Shown here: positions 18,795 through 29,155 of the stretch, in pieces | Position numbering within the stretch: the first letter of the stretch is position 1 | How the letters are laid out: each line of letters starts with the position of its first letter | Assembly (NCBI GenBank): GCA_963821635.1 | Contig: CAWGEP010000007.1 | Coordinates: 47,087-111,086 of the forward strand | Direction: 5' to 3' | From: an uncultured bacterium | Lineage (GTDB): Bacteria > Zixibacteria > MSB-5A5 > GN15 > FEB-12 | Length of the DNA stretch: 64,000 nucleotides | Program-made: the position numbers and the translations under genes | The notes under the pieces: model-generated | Databases searched by the model: none | Told to the model about the DNA's origin: nothing | What the model saw: only the letters and a program-made list of their open reading frames with translations

Positions 18795-19586
18795 TTGACC
18801 TTGTTTGACTTCGTTAATTTCGCTGCCGCCAAGCTTCAACTCTTCCTGTTGATCATGCTTCGGGCCTCAGGTCTTTTCCTGGTCGCTCCGATCATCGGCC
18901 ATCAGTCGTTTCCGACCATGGCCAAGGTCGGTCTCGCCATTTTGCTCTCGCTCATTCTGGTCGCCACTCTCGATAAAGCGTATATCCCGCCCGTTGCCTC
19001 CCTCGGTGAACTCGTGGCCCTGGCCGCGAAAGAACTCCTGGTCGGACTTGCCATTGGATTCCTGTTCGCCATGCTCATGATGGCAGTGCAGGGGGCCGGA
19101 GACATCGTCAGCTATCAAATGGGTCTCTCCATGGCGACGATCGCCGATCCGGAACTTGGAGATGTGTCCATCCTTGGGCAGTTCTGGTTCCTCTGTGCGA
19201 CCCTGATATTTCTCGGCATCAACGGCCACCACGTCATAATCAGCGCTTTCAACGACAGCTACCAAATGATACCGCCCGGCCAGGTCGTCATGAACGGCTC
19301 GGTCGGCGAGATGATGATAAAGTACAGCGCCTACGTGTTCGTTATCGCGATCAAGTTGGCCGCTCCGGTCATCATCACGCTGCTGCTCATCGATGTCGCG
19401 CTGGGTGTCGTGGCCCGGATGATGCCCATGATGAACGTTTTCATTCTCGGCTTTGGCGTCAAGATCGGCGTGGGGATCCTTATGATGGCCCTCTCGCTGC
19501 CGGTCTTTGCGTACGTGCTCGAAAAAGCCACCAACTATCTCAATGTCGAGCTGCACACCATGCTCGCCGCTCTGGGAAGGGCCTGA
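18795..19586 (+). CDS. fliR: Flagellar export gate protein FliR
   Basis: LRASGLFLVAP, KELLVGLAIGF, QMGLSMATIADP, NGHHVII, ARMMPMMNVFILGF. Confidence 0.93.
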   Translation: MTLFDFVNFAAAKLQLFLLIMLRASGLFLVAPIIGHQSFPTMAKVGLAILLSLILVATLDKAYIPPVASLGELVALAAKELLVGLAIGFLFAMLMMAVQGAGDIVSYQMGLSMATIADPELGDVSILGQFWFLCATLIFLGINGHHVIISAFNDSYQMIPPGQVVMNGSVGEMMIKYSAYVFVIAIKLAAPVIITLLLIDVALGVVARMMPMMNVFILGFGVKIGVGILMMALSLPVFAYVLEKATNYLNVELHTMLAALGRA

Positions 19587-19592
19587 GTCTAA

Positions 19593-20664
19593 ATGGCTGA
19601 CGACAGCTTCCAGGAACGAAGTGAGCAGGCGACACCACGTCGCCGCGAGCTGGCACGGGACAAGGGTCAAGTTGCCCGCTCCATGGAGCTCAATTCCGCC
19701 ATGATGATTCTGCTCGGGTGCGCCAGTCTGCTCGCCCTGGGGCCGCACATCATAAATACGTCAGAGGAAATGATGCGGTACTTGTTGGCTAACGCCGCCC
19801 ATCTGGGCACCGCCAATTCAGATTTCAGCCTGCTCTACAATGAAAACGTCGTGAAGTTCTTTGTGATTCTGGGACCCGTCTTTATCGCCATGGTGGTGAT
19901 CGGGTTCGTCAGCAATGTCGCCCAGGTCGGCTTCCATGTTTCCACCAAAGCTCTGGAACCCAAATTTGAAAAGCTGAATGTCTTCCAGGGAATCGGCAAG
20001 CTCTTCGCGATGCGCTCCCTGGTGGTCGGCATCAGAGATACCATCAAGCTCGCCATCGTTGGGATAGTCGCCTACAAAGTCATCCAATCGGAAGCGGAGC
20101 ACTTTTTTGCCCTGTCCGACATGAGTGTTCCGCAACTTGGCGGCTACCATGGGCAAGGTCGCCCTGCTTATCGCCATCAAAATCGGCGTCGCCATTCTAG
20201 TGCTCGCCATCCTGGATTTCCTCTATCAAAAGTGGGAGTTCGAGCGCTCCATCCGTATGTCGATCCAGGAAATCAAAGAAGAATACAAGGACACTGAGGG
20301 CTCCCCGCAGATCAAAGCCCGCATCCGCCAGATTCAGCGCGAAACCGCCCGCAAGCGAATGATGGACGATGTCCCCAAGGCTGATGTCGTCATCACCAAC
20401 CCGACTCACTATGCGGTGGCGCTCAAATACGACATCTCCGAGATGAACGCCCCGTACGTTCTCGCCAAGGGACAAAATCTGATCGCCCAGAGGATCAAAG
20501 AAATTGCCATCGCCAACGAAATACCGATCATCGAGGACCGCCAGCTAGCCCAGGCTCTTTATAAACTGTGCGATGTCGGCCAGATGGTCCCGCAGTCGCT
20601 CTATCGGGCAGTGGCTGAAGTCCTTGCGTACGTCTACCGCCTCAAGGGAAAGGTGATGAGCTGA
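19593..20664 (+). CDS. flhB: Flagellar export protein FlhB, split by a +1 frameshift near 20137-20140 (probable sequence error)
   Basis: ERSEQATPRRRELARDKGQVARSMEL in the first frame; EGSPQIK and NPTH autocleavage motif in the second; removing one base gives ..PQLAATMGKV.. Confidence 0.92.
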
Positions 20665-20665
20665 G

Positions 20666-22753
20666 ATGGCTACGCCCCCCGAAAAAGGAACGATTCTAAA
20701 CGCGCTGACGCAGCGCTCCGATATCGCGCTGGCGCTGGCCGTCATCGGCATTATCGGCGTGCTGGTTATCCCGATTCCGCCGATGCTGCTCGATTTCGCG
20801 CTGGCCTTCAATATCACGTTTTCCCTCGTCGTGTTGCTCACGACCCTCTACGTCACGCGGCCGCTCGAGCTGTCCGTGTTTCCGGGAATGCTGCTGGTTG
20901 TCACGCTGATGCGCCTCGCGCTCAACGTCGCTTCGACCCGGCTGATTCTCGGTCAGGCCTACGCCGGCGAGGTCATCAACTCCTTCGGTCACTTTGTGGT
21001 GCAGGGGAATTACGTTGTCGGCTTCATCATCTTCTGTATTCTGGTCATCATCCAGTTCATCGTCATCACCAAGGGCGCCGGGCGAATTTCCGAAGTTGCC
21101 GCCCGGTTCACTTTGGATGCCATGCCGGGCAAGCAGATGGCGATCGATGCCGACCTGAACGCCGGCATGATCAACGAGCAGGAAGCCCGCCGCCGCCGCG
21201 ATGACATCGCCCACGAAGCGGACTTCTACGGCGCGATGGACGGCGCCTCCAAGTTTGTGCGCGGCGATGCGATCGCCGGCATCATTATCACGCTCATCAA
21301 CGTCATCGGAGGATTCATTATCGGCGTGGCCATGAACGGCAAGTCGGTTCCCGATGCGATTAAGACCTATACGCTGCTCTCAATTGGTGACGGCCTGGTC
21401 ACGCAGATTCCGGCGCTCTTAGTCAGTACTGCTTCCGGTATCATCGTCACGCGGGCAGCCTCCAATTCCAACATGGGCGCCGACCTCACCCGTCAGCTGA
21501 CCCGCCAGCCGCGAGCGATTTTGGTCGCAGCCTCTGTCCTGTTCCTGTTCGGACTGGTGCCGGGGATGCCGACCCTCACTTTCATGATAATCGGCGTTCT
21601 GGTCGGCGGAGTCGGGTATCTGACTCGCGAAGCAAACAAAGCCAAAGCAGAGACCGCCCAGCGCGACGCTCTTAGAGCCCAAAGCAAACCGGCGCCGGTC
21701 AAAGAGCGGACTGAAGATCTCCTCAAAGTTGACACCATCGGGCTCGAGATCGGTTACGGTCTGATTCCGCTGGTAGATTCCAATCAAGGAGGAGACCTCC
21801 TCGAACGAATTTCCTCCATTCGCAAACAACTCGCGACCGAACTCGGGATCGTTGTCCCGCCGGTCCGAATCAGAGATAACATCAGACTTCGCCCGAATGA
21901 ATATCAGATCAAAATCAAGGGGATACGGGTCGCCGGATTCGAATTGATGCTCGACCAGATTCTGGCCATCAATCCGGGATATGTGGTCGAGAAACTCGAC
22001 GGTTTCGACACCAAAGAACCGGCCTTCGGTCTTAATGCGACCTGGATTCAGCCGGTCTTCAAGGATGTCGCCGAAGCCAAGCAGTTTACAGTTGTTCAGC
22101 CCTCGGCTGTCGTGGCAACCCATTTGACGGAAACGATCCGGAATGCCGCGGCCGAGATTCTCACCCGGCAAGATGTCCGCCATCTGGCCGACACGCTCAA
22201 GGAAGACTATCCGGCTCTGGTTGATTCGGTTATTCCCGAAGTCGTGACGCTCGGCACCCTGCACAAAGTGCTTCAGTCGCTGCTGGCCGAGCGAGTCCCG
22301 ATTCGCGACATGGCCAGCATTGTCGAAACAGTCTCCGACTATATCGCCGTTACCAAAGACACCGATGTTCTCTCCGAGTATGCCCGCATGGCACTCAAGA
22401 GACAGATCACCGAGCTATATAAAGACAATGCCGGTAAGATCAATGTCTTCACGTTCGATCCTGCGGTCGAACAGAAGCTGGCTGACTCCGTCCAAAGTAC
22501 CAAGCAGGGGCTGATGCTCGTGCTAGATCCCGCCACCACGGATGTTCTGCTCCGCAAGATTGGCGAGCAAGTGGCACGGATGCAATCAGGCGGGTTCCTG
22601 CCGATTGCGCTCTGTTCTCCAAATGTCCGTCTCGCCTTGAGACGACTCGTCGAGTCAAGTCATCCATCACTTGCGGTAATCTCTTACAACGAAATGCTGC
22701 CGACCGTCGAACTCGTCTCTTCCGGCACAGTGAGGTTGGGAAATGATAATTAA
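20666..22753 (+). CDS. flhA: Flagellar export protein FlhA
   Basis: RLALNVASTRLIL, RISEVAARFTLDAMPGKQMAIDADL, FYGAMDGASKFVRGDAIAG. Confidence 0.98.
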   Translation: MATPPEKGTILNALTQRSDIALALAVIGIIGVLVIPIPPMLLDFALAFNITFSLVVLLTTLYVTRPLELSVFPGMLLVVTLMRLALNVASTRLILGQAYAGEVINSFGHFVVQGNYVVGFIIFCILVIIQFIVITKGAGRISEVAARFTLDAMPGKQMAIDADLNAGMINEQEARRRRDDIAHEADFYGAMDGASKFVRGDAIAGIIITLINVIGGFIIGVAMNGKSVPDAIKTYTLLSIGDGLVTQIPALLVSTASGIIVTRAASNSNMGADLTRQLTRQPRAILVAASVLFLFGLVPGMPTLTFMIIGVLVGGVGYLTREANKAKAETAQRDALRAQSKPAPVKERTEDLLKVDTIGLEIGYGLIPLVDSNQGGDLLERISSIRKQLATELGIVVPPVRIRDNIRLRPNEYQIKIKGIRVAGFELMLDQILAINPGYVVEKLDGFDTKEPAFGLNATWIQPVFKDVAEAKQFTVVQPSAVVATHLTETIRNAAAEILTRQDVRHLADTLKEDYPALVDSVIPEVVTLGTLHKVLQSLLAERVPIRDMASIVETVSDYIAVTKDTDVLSEYARMALKRQITELYKDNAGKINVFTFDPAVEQKLADSVQSTKQGLMLVLDPATTDVLLRKIGEQVARMQSGGFLPIALCSPNVRLALRRLVESSHPSLAVISYNEMLPTVELVSSGTVRLGNDN

Positions 22754-23888
22754 GACTTTTACGGCGGAGTCCTCCGCCGCGGCGCTCAAGCAAGTTCGCT
22801 CCGAACTTGGCCGCGAGGCAGTCGTGCTCAAGACCCGCGAAATCCCAGGTCCTAACGGCACCGGCCGAATCGAAATTACGGCCTGTCTCGATGGCGCCTC
22901 CGTACCGCCGCAACAAGCGGCACCGGCCCCGGCGCGCGTCCCCTCCGTTCGGCCGGCCGTTTTCAAATCGGCCAATCCACCGGAGCCGATCAACCGTCTG
23001 GCCACGCCCCCAACACAAGTTCCGGCTATCCGCCCGGCCGCGTCAGTGATGCCTGAGGTGTCGAGCGATCTGTTTGAGCGGCTCGCCCGGATCGAGAAGA
23101 TGATCACCATTCTTACCCAGCGCTCAGGAACGAACAATTCGAGTGATCGATTCGCCGAGATCCGAGCCAAGATGGCCGAGGCTGACCTCCCGACATCCAT
23201 CGTTGATCTTCTGACTTCAAACGATGACGCCAACACCGACCCGGCGACTCTGGTCGAACGTTCGCTCAGTGACCTCACGGGGCGCTCGGTTTCCCCCGCG
23301 CTGAGTTTCCGGCCCGGCGACCGGATTGTGTTCTTTGGTCCGGCTGGGGCAGGGAAGACTTCGGTCCTCGGCAAACTAGCCGCCCGCCTGACCTTCCAGG
23401 AAAAACGAAAGGTCACCTTGATCACCCTGGACCGGGTGAAGATCGGGGCTTTCGAAGAAATCCAGAGTTACGCCGATATCCTGGGCGCTCGCACTGCCGG
23501 AGATGACTCGGCCGCTCATGAAACAGACCAGACATCCGTCACCTTAATTGATACGCCCGCCTGGTCCAACTCTTCCGAGCAACAGGAACGGCTATCCACA
23601 GCGATTGCCGCATTCAAGCCCAACTATCGATTCTTGGTTGCTTCAGCTTTGACCCGCTCAAGCGATATCTCTGAACAGCTTGATCGATTGATTGCGCTCG
23701 CTCCGACCCACGGCATCATGACGATGTTCGATCTCACCCGCCGCTGGGGCTCAGTGCTGGCGGCCTTCAGTCCCGAATTGAAACTTGCCTTTACCACGAA
23801 CGGTCCCGCCGGAATCGGTTCTCTCAACGCTCCCGATCCGGTTCTCATTGTCCGGCAGATCCTGAATAGCGAGGTGTCCCGTGGCTGA
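22743..23888 (+). CDS. flhF: Flagellar SRP-type GTPase FlhF (degenerate G3/G4)
   Basis: MIIKTFTAES..ALKQVRSELGREAVVL N-terminus, GPAGAGKTS..KLAA, ITLDRVKIGAFEEIQSYADILG. Confidence 0.85.
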   Translation: MIIKTFTAESSAAALKQVRSELGREAVVLKTREIPGPNGTGRIEITACLDGASVPPQQAAPAPARVPSVRPAVFKSANPPEPINRLATPPTQVPAIRPAASVMPEVSSDLFERLARIEKMITILTQRSGTNNSSDRFAEIRAKMAEADLPTSIVDLLTSNDDANTDPATLVERSLSDLTGRSVSPALSFRPGDRIVFFGPAGAGKTSVLGKLAARLTFQEKRKVTLITLDRVKIGAFEEIQSYADILGARTAGDDSAAHETDQTSVTLIDTPAWSNSSEQQERLSTAIAAFKPNYRFLVASALTRSSDISEQLDRLIALAPTHGIMTMFDLTRRWGSVLAAFSPELKLAFTTNGPAGIGSLNAPDPVLIVRQILNSEVSRG

Positions 23889-24729
23889 TTTCGATCAGGC
23901 TGTCAGCGAACCTCGCGTGCTCTCAATTCTCTCCGGTAAGGGAGGAGTGGGGAAGTCCATCCTGGCCTTCAATCTGGCGTACCGATTTTCCACTCAGGGG
24001 ATCCGCGTATTATTGGTCGATGCCGATTTCGCCAACGGTAATCTCCATGTCTTGGCCAACGTGCAGGCTCGCGTCGGCGCCAACGAGTACCTGACTCGCC
24101 GCCTGCCGCTCCCCGAGGCCGTGATCAATATCAACGACCGACTCTCTTTACTGGCGGCATCCTGGAACGAACGGCTGGCCGAGGACCGCAATGTCGTGGT
24201 CACCGCGCAGTTCATCAACGACCTCAGGACTGACGCCGCCGGCGAATTTGATCTGATCATAGTCGATCATGCCTCCGGACGTTCCAATCAATCCGCCACG
24301 CTGGCGCATGCCTCCGATCTTAACCTCCTGGTCGTGATCCCGGAACTGACGTCACTGACCGATGCCTACGGTCTCTACAAGTTTCTCGTCGGGCTAAACA
24401 GCCATCTCCCGTGCGGCCTGGTCATCAACCGCACGCAGTCTGAAGACGAAGTCGGCTACATTCGCAGCAAGTTTCCCGAGCTCACGCAGCGCTTCCTCAA
24501 GACCGCACCGATCTACTGCGGCTTCTTATCGGAGAGTAGTTTGATCCGCAAATCGATCGCCAACCAGTCTCCCTGGCTGCAACTCGATTTCGACTCGGCC
24601 TCAAGTAATGAATTAATTGATATCGCTAATAGATTGTCCGACATGCTCTTACTTGACGGAGAGCCGGGTCGGAACAATCCCTTTACCACGATAAATAAAG
24701 TCACCGCAACAGCCGATATAAGAGGATAA
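23881..24729 (+). CDS. flhG: MinD/ParA-family flagellar number regulator FlhG/FleN
   Basis: Deviant Walker A SGKGGVGKS, LLVDADFANGN, PELTSLTDAYGLYK; between flhF and fliA. Confidence 0.88.
   Translation: MADFDQAVSEPRVLSILSGKGGVGKSILAFNLAYRFSTQGIRVLLVDADFANGNLHVLANVQARVGANEYLTRRLPLPEAVININDRLSLLAASWNERLAEDRNVVVTAQFINDLRTDAAGEFDLIIVDHASGRSNQSATLAHASDLNLLVVIPELTSLTDAYGLYKFLVGLNSHLPCGLVINRTQSEDEVGYIRSKFPELTQRFLKTAPIYCGFLSESSLIRKSIANQSPWLQLDFDSASSNELIDIANRLSDMLLLDGEPGRNNPFTTINKVTATADIRG
24692..24719 (+). promoter_or_regulatory. Sigma28 (FliA/SigD) promoter upstream of fliA
   Basis: TAAA-N16-GCCGATAT inside the 3' end of flhG. Confidence 0.65.
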
Positions 24730-24736
24730 CACTCAT

Positions 24737-25618
24737 ATGGTTACAACAGTCAAGCGGGCGCCTGCAAAGCGCGGAAGAAAGCCAAAGAAGAGCACCGCAA
24801 CCGCTGTTCAGATTGCTGTCGTCGCCGATCCGGCTAAGAAAGTAAAGAAGTGGGAAGTCACCACGCGTGACTGGAACCGCTTCCAGAAATCGAAGTCGGA
24901 AGATGCGCGCCGGAAGCTTTTGGACAAATATGTTCCGTTAGTTCGGACCGTTGCGGCTCGCATGGCTATGGGTTTTCCCCGTTCTGTGGAGTTATCCGAC
25001 CTGGTCAATACCGGTGTGATCGGTCTCATCGAGGCCTTCGGGAATTTCGATCCTTCCCGCGGGGTCAAGTTTGAGACCTACGCCGTGCCGCGTATCCGCG
25101 GCGCGATCCTCGATGAGCTTCGCGCTCTCGACTGGGTGCCGCGCTCGACCCGCGCCAAATCCCGTGAAATCGACCGCGCTCTCAACGAACTCGAAAACCA
25201 ACTCGGCCGTCCGCCCGAAAAAGTGGAACTGGCCCGGTATCTCAAAATTAGCGAGGAGGAACTTCACTTGGCTATCGATGATGTCTCCAGCACCAACATC
25301 CTCTCTCTCGATGAAGTCATTTATCGGGAGGATGATAACCGCCAGGTTCCCCGAATCGAAACCATCAGGGATGCGGCTTCGCTCACCATTCTGGGCGAGA
25401 TCGAAAAGGGCGAACTGCGCTCCTTCCTGGTTGTCGCCATGGATCGGCTGACCGAACAGGAGAAACTGGTGATCGCGCTGTATTACTACGAAGAACTGAC
25501 CCTGAAGGAAATCGGCGAGGTCATGACCATCTCCGAGTCGCGCGTGTCTCAGATTCACACCCGCGCCGTAATGAAACTTCGCAACATGGTCAGGGAGAAA
25601 TTCGCCTTGACCGCTTAA
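24737..25618 (+). CDS. fliA: Flagellar sigma factor FliA/WhiG (sigma28)
   Basis: FDPSRGVKFETYAVPRIRGAILDELRALDWVPRS; LYYYEELTLKEIGEVMTISESRVSQIH. Confidence 0.96.
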   Translation: MVTTVKRAPAKRGRKPKKSTATAVQIAVVADPAKKVKKWEVTTRDWNRFQKSKSEDARRKLLDKYVPLVRTVAARMAMGFPRSVELSDLVNTGVIGLIEAFGNFDPSRGVKFETYAVPRIRGAILDELRALDWVPRSTRAKSREIDRALNELENQLGRPPEKVELARYLKISEEELHLAIDDVSSTNILSLDEVIYREDDNRQVPRIETIRDAASLTILGEIEKGELRSFLVVAMDRLTEQEKLVIALYYYEELTLKEIGEVMTISESRVSQIHTRAVMKLRNMVREKFALTA

Positions 25619-25649
25619 GAGTCTGGCGAGCGGCCGGGAAGAGTGCCTG

Positions 25650-25965
25650 ATGGACAATCCGATCAATTCGGTGGACAAATCTACTCCCTATCCCGGGACC
25701 GGTGCCGTGAAACCGCTGCACCAGTCCGAACGCGAGAAGGAACGCTCCTTCTCCGACACGCTCGAAGAAACGCTCGAAGAAGAGCAGGAACAGAAGAAGA
25801 AAAGTAAACATGATTCGGTCACTCTCGGACAGGACTCATCGAAAAAGCCGGAATCAGCTGACGATCAGTGGATTCCTTCCGAAGCTTCAACACCCGAGCC
25901 GCCCGAGAAACCTGAATCCGAGGAAGATCCCTCCGGTCGACGGACATGTCGATCTGAAGGCTTGA
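25650..25965 (+). CDS. Small acidic hypothetical protein; probable true end ..DPPVDGHVDLKA* after removing one C at 25929-25931
   Basis: The computed ORF runs on into the next gene; a +1 shift gives a plausible C-terminus and a stop 19 nt before the next start. Confidence 0.55.
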
Positions 25966-25984
25966 GACGAAGGATAAGTGAAAA

Positions 25985-26395
25985 ATGGAATTTTCACAGG
26001 ACACACTGATTGACGTAGGGCTGAGCGTCGCGGGCTATCTGGCCGCCGGCGCCCTCTGGATGGTGCTCTACTCGCTCTTTACCGGCCGTTCCAATGCCCG
26101 CGTGGCCGCACCGGCGCTGGCCGGGGGGAATTCGAGTGCCTCCGCCGGATCAGCCATCGGGGACGCCGTCCGGGAAAAACGGAAACTTCAATATGTCGAC
26201 CTGCGCGGCTCCACGGCCGTCGCCAGTCCTGCTGTTGCGGCTCCGGAAACGCCGCGAGCCGAACAGCAGCGCCGCAATCGAGTCCAGGTAATCAAACTTG
26301 CCCGCGAAATGCTGCAGGACGGGCGCACCCAGGATCAAGTCCGCGATCTGCTCCCCATCTCCGAGGGAGAACTCGCGATGCTTGCCAACGAGTAG
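25985..26395 (+). CDS. Membrane-anchored hypothetical protein with C-terminal HTH-like helices
   Basis: N-terminal TM; VIKLAREMLQDGRTQDQVRDLLPISEGELAML. Confidence 0.55.
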   Translation: MEFSQDTLIDVGLSVAGYLAAGALWMVLYSLFTGRSNARVAAPALAGGNSSASAGSAIGDAVREKRKLQYVDLRGSTAVASPAVAAPETPRAEQQRRNRVQVIKLAREMLQDGRTQDQVRDLLPISEGELAMLANE

Positions 26396-26419
26396 ATAAA
26401 CAGGAAACGGGAGATAAAC

Positions 26420-27606
26420 ATGGCAACCGAAAGCCCCTTCTTGCTCTACCGGGTCGAGTGCCCGATCTGCAAGACGATTAACGAATTCGAAACGATCCGG
26501 GTCGGCGCTTACGCCGAGGAAAGCCGGGACACCGATTTCTGCCCCACCAACGTCAAATGGCGTTTCCCGAGGTACCAGGGGTACAACCCGCTGGTCTTCT
26601 TCACCGCCACCTGCGGCAACTGCTACTACTCGCGCGAGTTGACCAACGGATATCGCGATTGGAAAGAGGATCTCAATTTCAAGACTTACCGGCTGAAGAC
26701 GGTCAAGCCCAAACATCTCGATCAGCTCTCGCAATCCGACTCGGCCATCAAGATGATGGGCGGTGCCATGGACCTCAATCGTTTTCCCAACGAATCGGCC
26801 ATTCTCAAGTTACATCTGGCCATCTTCGACGAACAGCTGGCCGACCATTACAGCCGCCTCGATGTCGGCCGATTCTATCTCCGGATCGGCTGGGTCTTTC
26901 GGGATATCGAGCGGGGCGAAGATCCCAACCGTCTGCTTTTAAACAATCTTGTTTACGATGTCCAGGACGAATATAACCGCGCCAAGAACTGCGCTACGGC
27001 GGCACGCTTGCTCAGATCGAACAGCTTATTGCCCGCACCAATCTTCCGGTGGATGCCGAAGAACTGTCGGCGGAATCAAAGTCGCAACTCCTGGCGTATC
27101 GCGAGCGGTTCGGGGGACTGGTGAAGGATATCCACGCCCAGTTGAGCGCCGGCAACGAGCAGCTGGAGCAAATGGGTGAAGTGGTCAACGAGTATCGCCA
27201 GACCATGCTCGGCGGAGACAGCTCGGCCGGCGGCCGCGCTTTTGGGCAGTTCGCCTCATTTCAGGAATTTCTGCAGGACGCCAAGCGGACCTGGAACGGC
27301 GTGGCCACCAACGAGCGCGAAGCGCTTGAGAAAGCCGTGTTCAATTACAAGGAAGCGTTTGCCAACGGCCGCGATATCGCCCCGGGCAATCAGCAGATCC
27401 AGGCCTCGTACCTGATCGCCGAACTCTCGCGGCGCATCGGGGACTACGACGAAGCCAAACAGTATTTCACGAGTACGATTAAGTCCGGTCAGGAATTCAT
27501 TTACCAGAACCGGAACGACAAATCACGTATTGCCCTGGCCAAGAAGATTCTTGAGCTGGCCATCGAACAGGGAAGAAGCAATCTGGCGGCCGCCCGCCCG
27601 GCTTAG
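26420..27606 (+). CDS. DUF2225-family zinc-ribbon/TPR-like protein, frameshifted near 26984 (one base missing)
   Basis: CPIC..RDTDFCP..YNPL..CGNCYYS..LRIGWVFRD in the first frame; YLIAELSRRIGDYDEAKQYF in the second. Confidence 0.75.
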
Positions 27607-27613
27607 GAACCAT

Positions 27614-28380
27614 ATGATCGCGCCCGGCCTGAACAACGTCCACCGCCATTCTCTCCCACCCCCTCAAAGCCTGGGAGCGGATCGAACTTGTTGTGGGAGA
27701 GCCTCCGACCAGCGGACGCTATCTGGCGCGCATTCAGGATTTTGTCAACGGCGGCATAGTCATTACCGAGCCGGAGTTTCTCGAGGGAAGTACTCTCCTG
27801 AGAGAGGATATCGATGTCCTGGTGCTGGTCACGCGTGAGGATGCCATCTACCAGTTTTCTTCCAAGATCAAACGGATGCTCTCAAGGGAATCCAAAGAAT
27901 ACCTTTTGACTCCGCCGAGACGATTCGAGCGGGTGCAGCGACGGATGTTTGTCCGGGTTGAGACCGTGAAGAAGATGGCCTATGCCGTCATTCCGCCGCT
28001 GGCCGGTGACGCGTCGCCGGACGAGCAGCTCGCCTGGCAGCAGTCTCAGACCTCCGACCTGAGCGGCGGCGGCCTTCAGTTTCAAATCTGGAGAACAGAT
28101 TCCGCTCGGGACGCCCGTGCTCCTGCGCCTCGACTTCTTCCATGAGTTTGGTCTGGGCGAGTTTGTGGTCTCGGTGGCGCGCCGTAGTTTCAAGCACGGC
28201 GACGACCAAATGTGCGGCGCCGAGTTCGTGCTCAACGAACAACTCTCCTTTCATCTGAATGCCGTACAAATGGTCGCCTTGCCGTCTTCGGTCGCCGATT
28301 TCGATCGCAACGGGCAGAACCGTCTGGCCTCGCACGTCTTCAACATGCAAGTCAATTTGCGACAGAAAGGGCTGCTCTGA
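27614..28380 (+). CDS. YcgR-like flagellar brake/PilZ protein with two apparent +1 frameshifts (~27633, ~28080)
   Basis: QRRMFVR (RxxxR) and DLSGGG motifs; C-terminal part ..RLASHVFNMQVNLRQKGLL in the next frame. Confidence 0.75.
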
Positions 28381-29132
28381 TGACCCCCGCCAATCATTTT
28401 GATCTCCCGCCGGTCAGTTTCGACGGACAGCTTCTGGATCTATCCGGACTCGTCGGTCACGAGATAGCCTTGTTTACCGAACAGATGCCGGGGAAAGAGC
28501 TGCATGGCCGGGTCGTCTCGGTTCATGACCGTCAGATTCACCTCGACGGGCAGAATCGTCGCAATGAATTGGAAAATTTGGTTAACAACCAGAGCGTCAT
28601 CATCAAATTTCCCTACAAAGGGGAGGCCGTTTCAGTGCGGGCGACTCTGCGCCGTACCACCGGCGGGCGCTGCTATTTCCTGATGGAAGAAAAAGTAATG
28701 CCGCTCTCGCAGCGCCGGCATATCCGGGTCCGGTTCGTCAAACCGGTCAAGCTGGCCCCGTTCCCGATCACCACTTTTGCCAAAAAGAATCTCGGGCACC
28801 TTCGCTGGATCGAAACGGAAACCGTGAATTTTTCCAGCGGCGGCGCGCTTATCGAGATTCCCAGCAAACTGGAAAAGGAAGTGTTTCTGATCCTGAATAT
28901 CGAGGTTCAGCATGAGTCGTTTCCGACGCTTATTCTCGGGCAGGTGCGCCACAGCTACCCATCCGAGACCGGCCGGTTTAATACCGGGATCGAATTCGTG
29001 GTCGCCGAGACGGCCCGGCGCGTGGTCCCGAGTCTGACGGCCCGTGAACTTCCTGCCCCAGTGCTTCAATACACCGCTCACGATAGAGAAAGATTAAACA
29101 AACAGATACAGGCATGGATGCCGGCATCCTGA
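28380..29132 (+). CDS. PilZ-domain protein (YcgR-like two-domain)
   Basis: QRRHIR and NFSSGG motifs, GIEF; ATG overlaps the upstream TGA. Confidence 0.75.
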   Translation: MTPANHFDLPPVSFDGQLLDLSGLVGHEIALFTEQMPGKELHGRVVSVHDRQIHLDGQNRRNELENLVNNQSVIIKFPYKGEAVSVRATLRRTTGGRCYFLMEEKVMPLSQRRHIRVRFVKPVKLAPFPITTFAKKNLGHLRWIETETVNFSSGGALIEIPSKLEKEVFLILNIEVQHESFPTLILGQVRHSYPSETGRFNTGIEFVVAETARRVVPSLTARELPAPVLQYTAHDRERLNKQIQAWMPAS

Positions 29133-29155
29133 CAAGGATTGTAAAGGGGAAACCT

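Noticed and set aside
20125..20297. Programmed frameshift or naturally split flhB
   Set aside because: No slippery site, the break lies in the TM domain rather than at NPTH, and similar indels occur in unrelated genes
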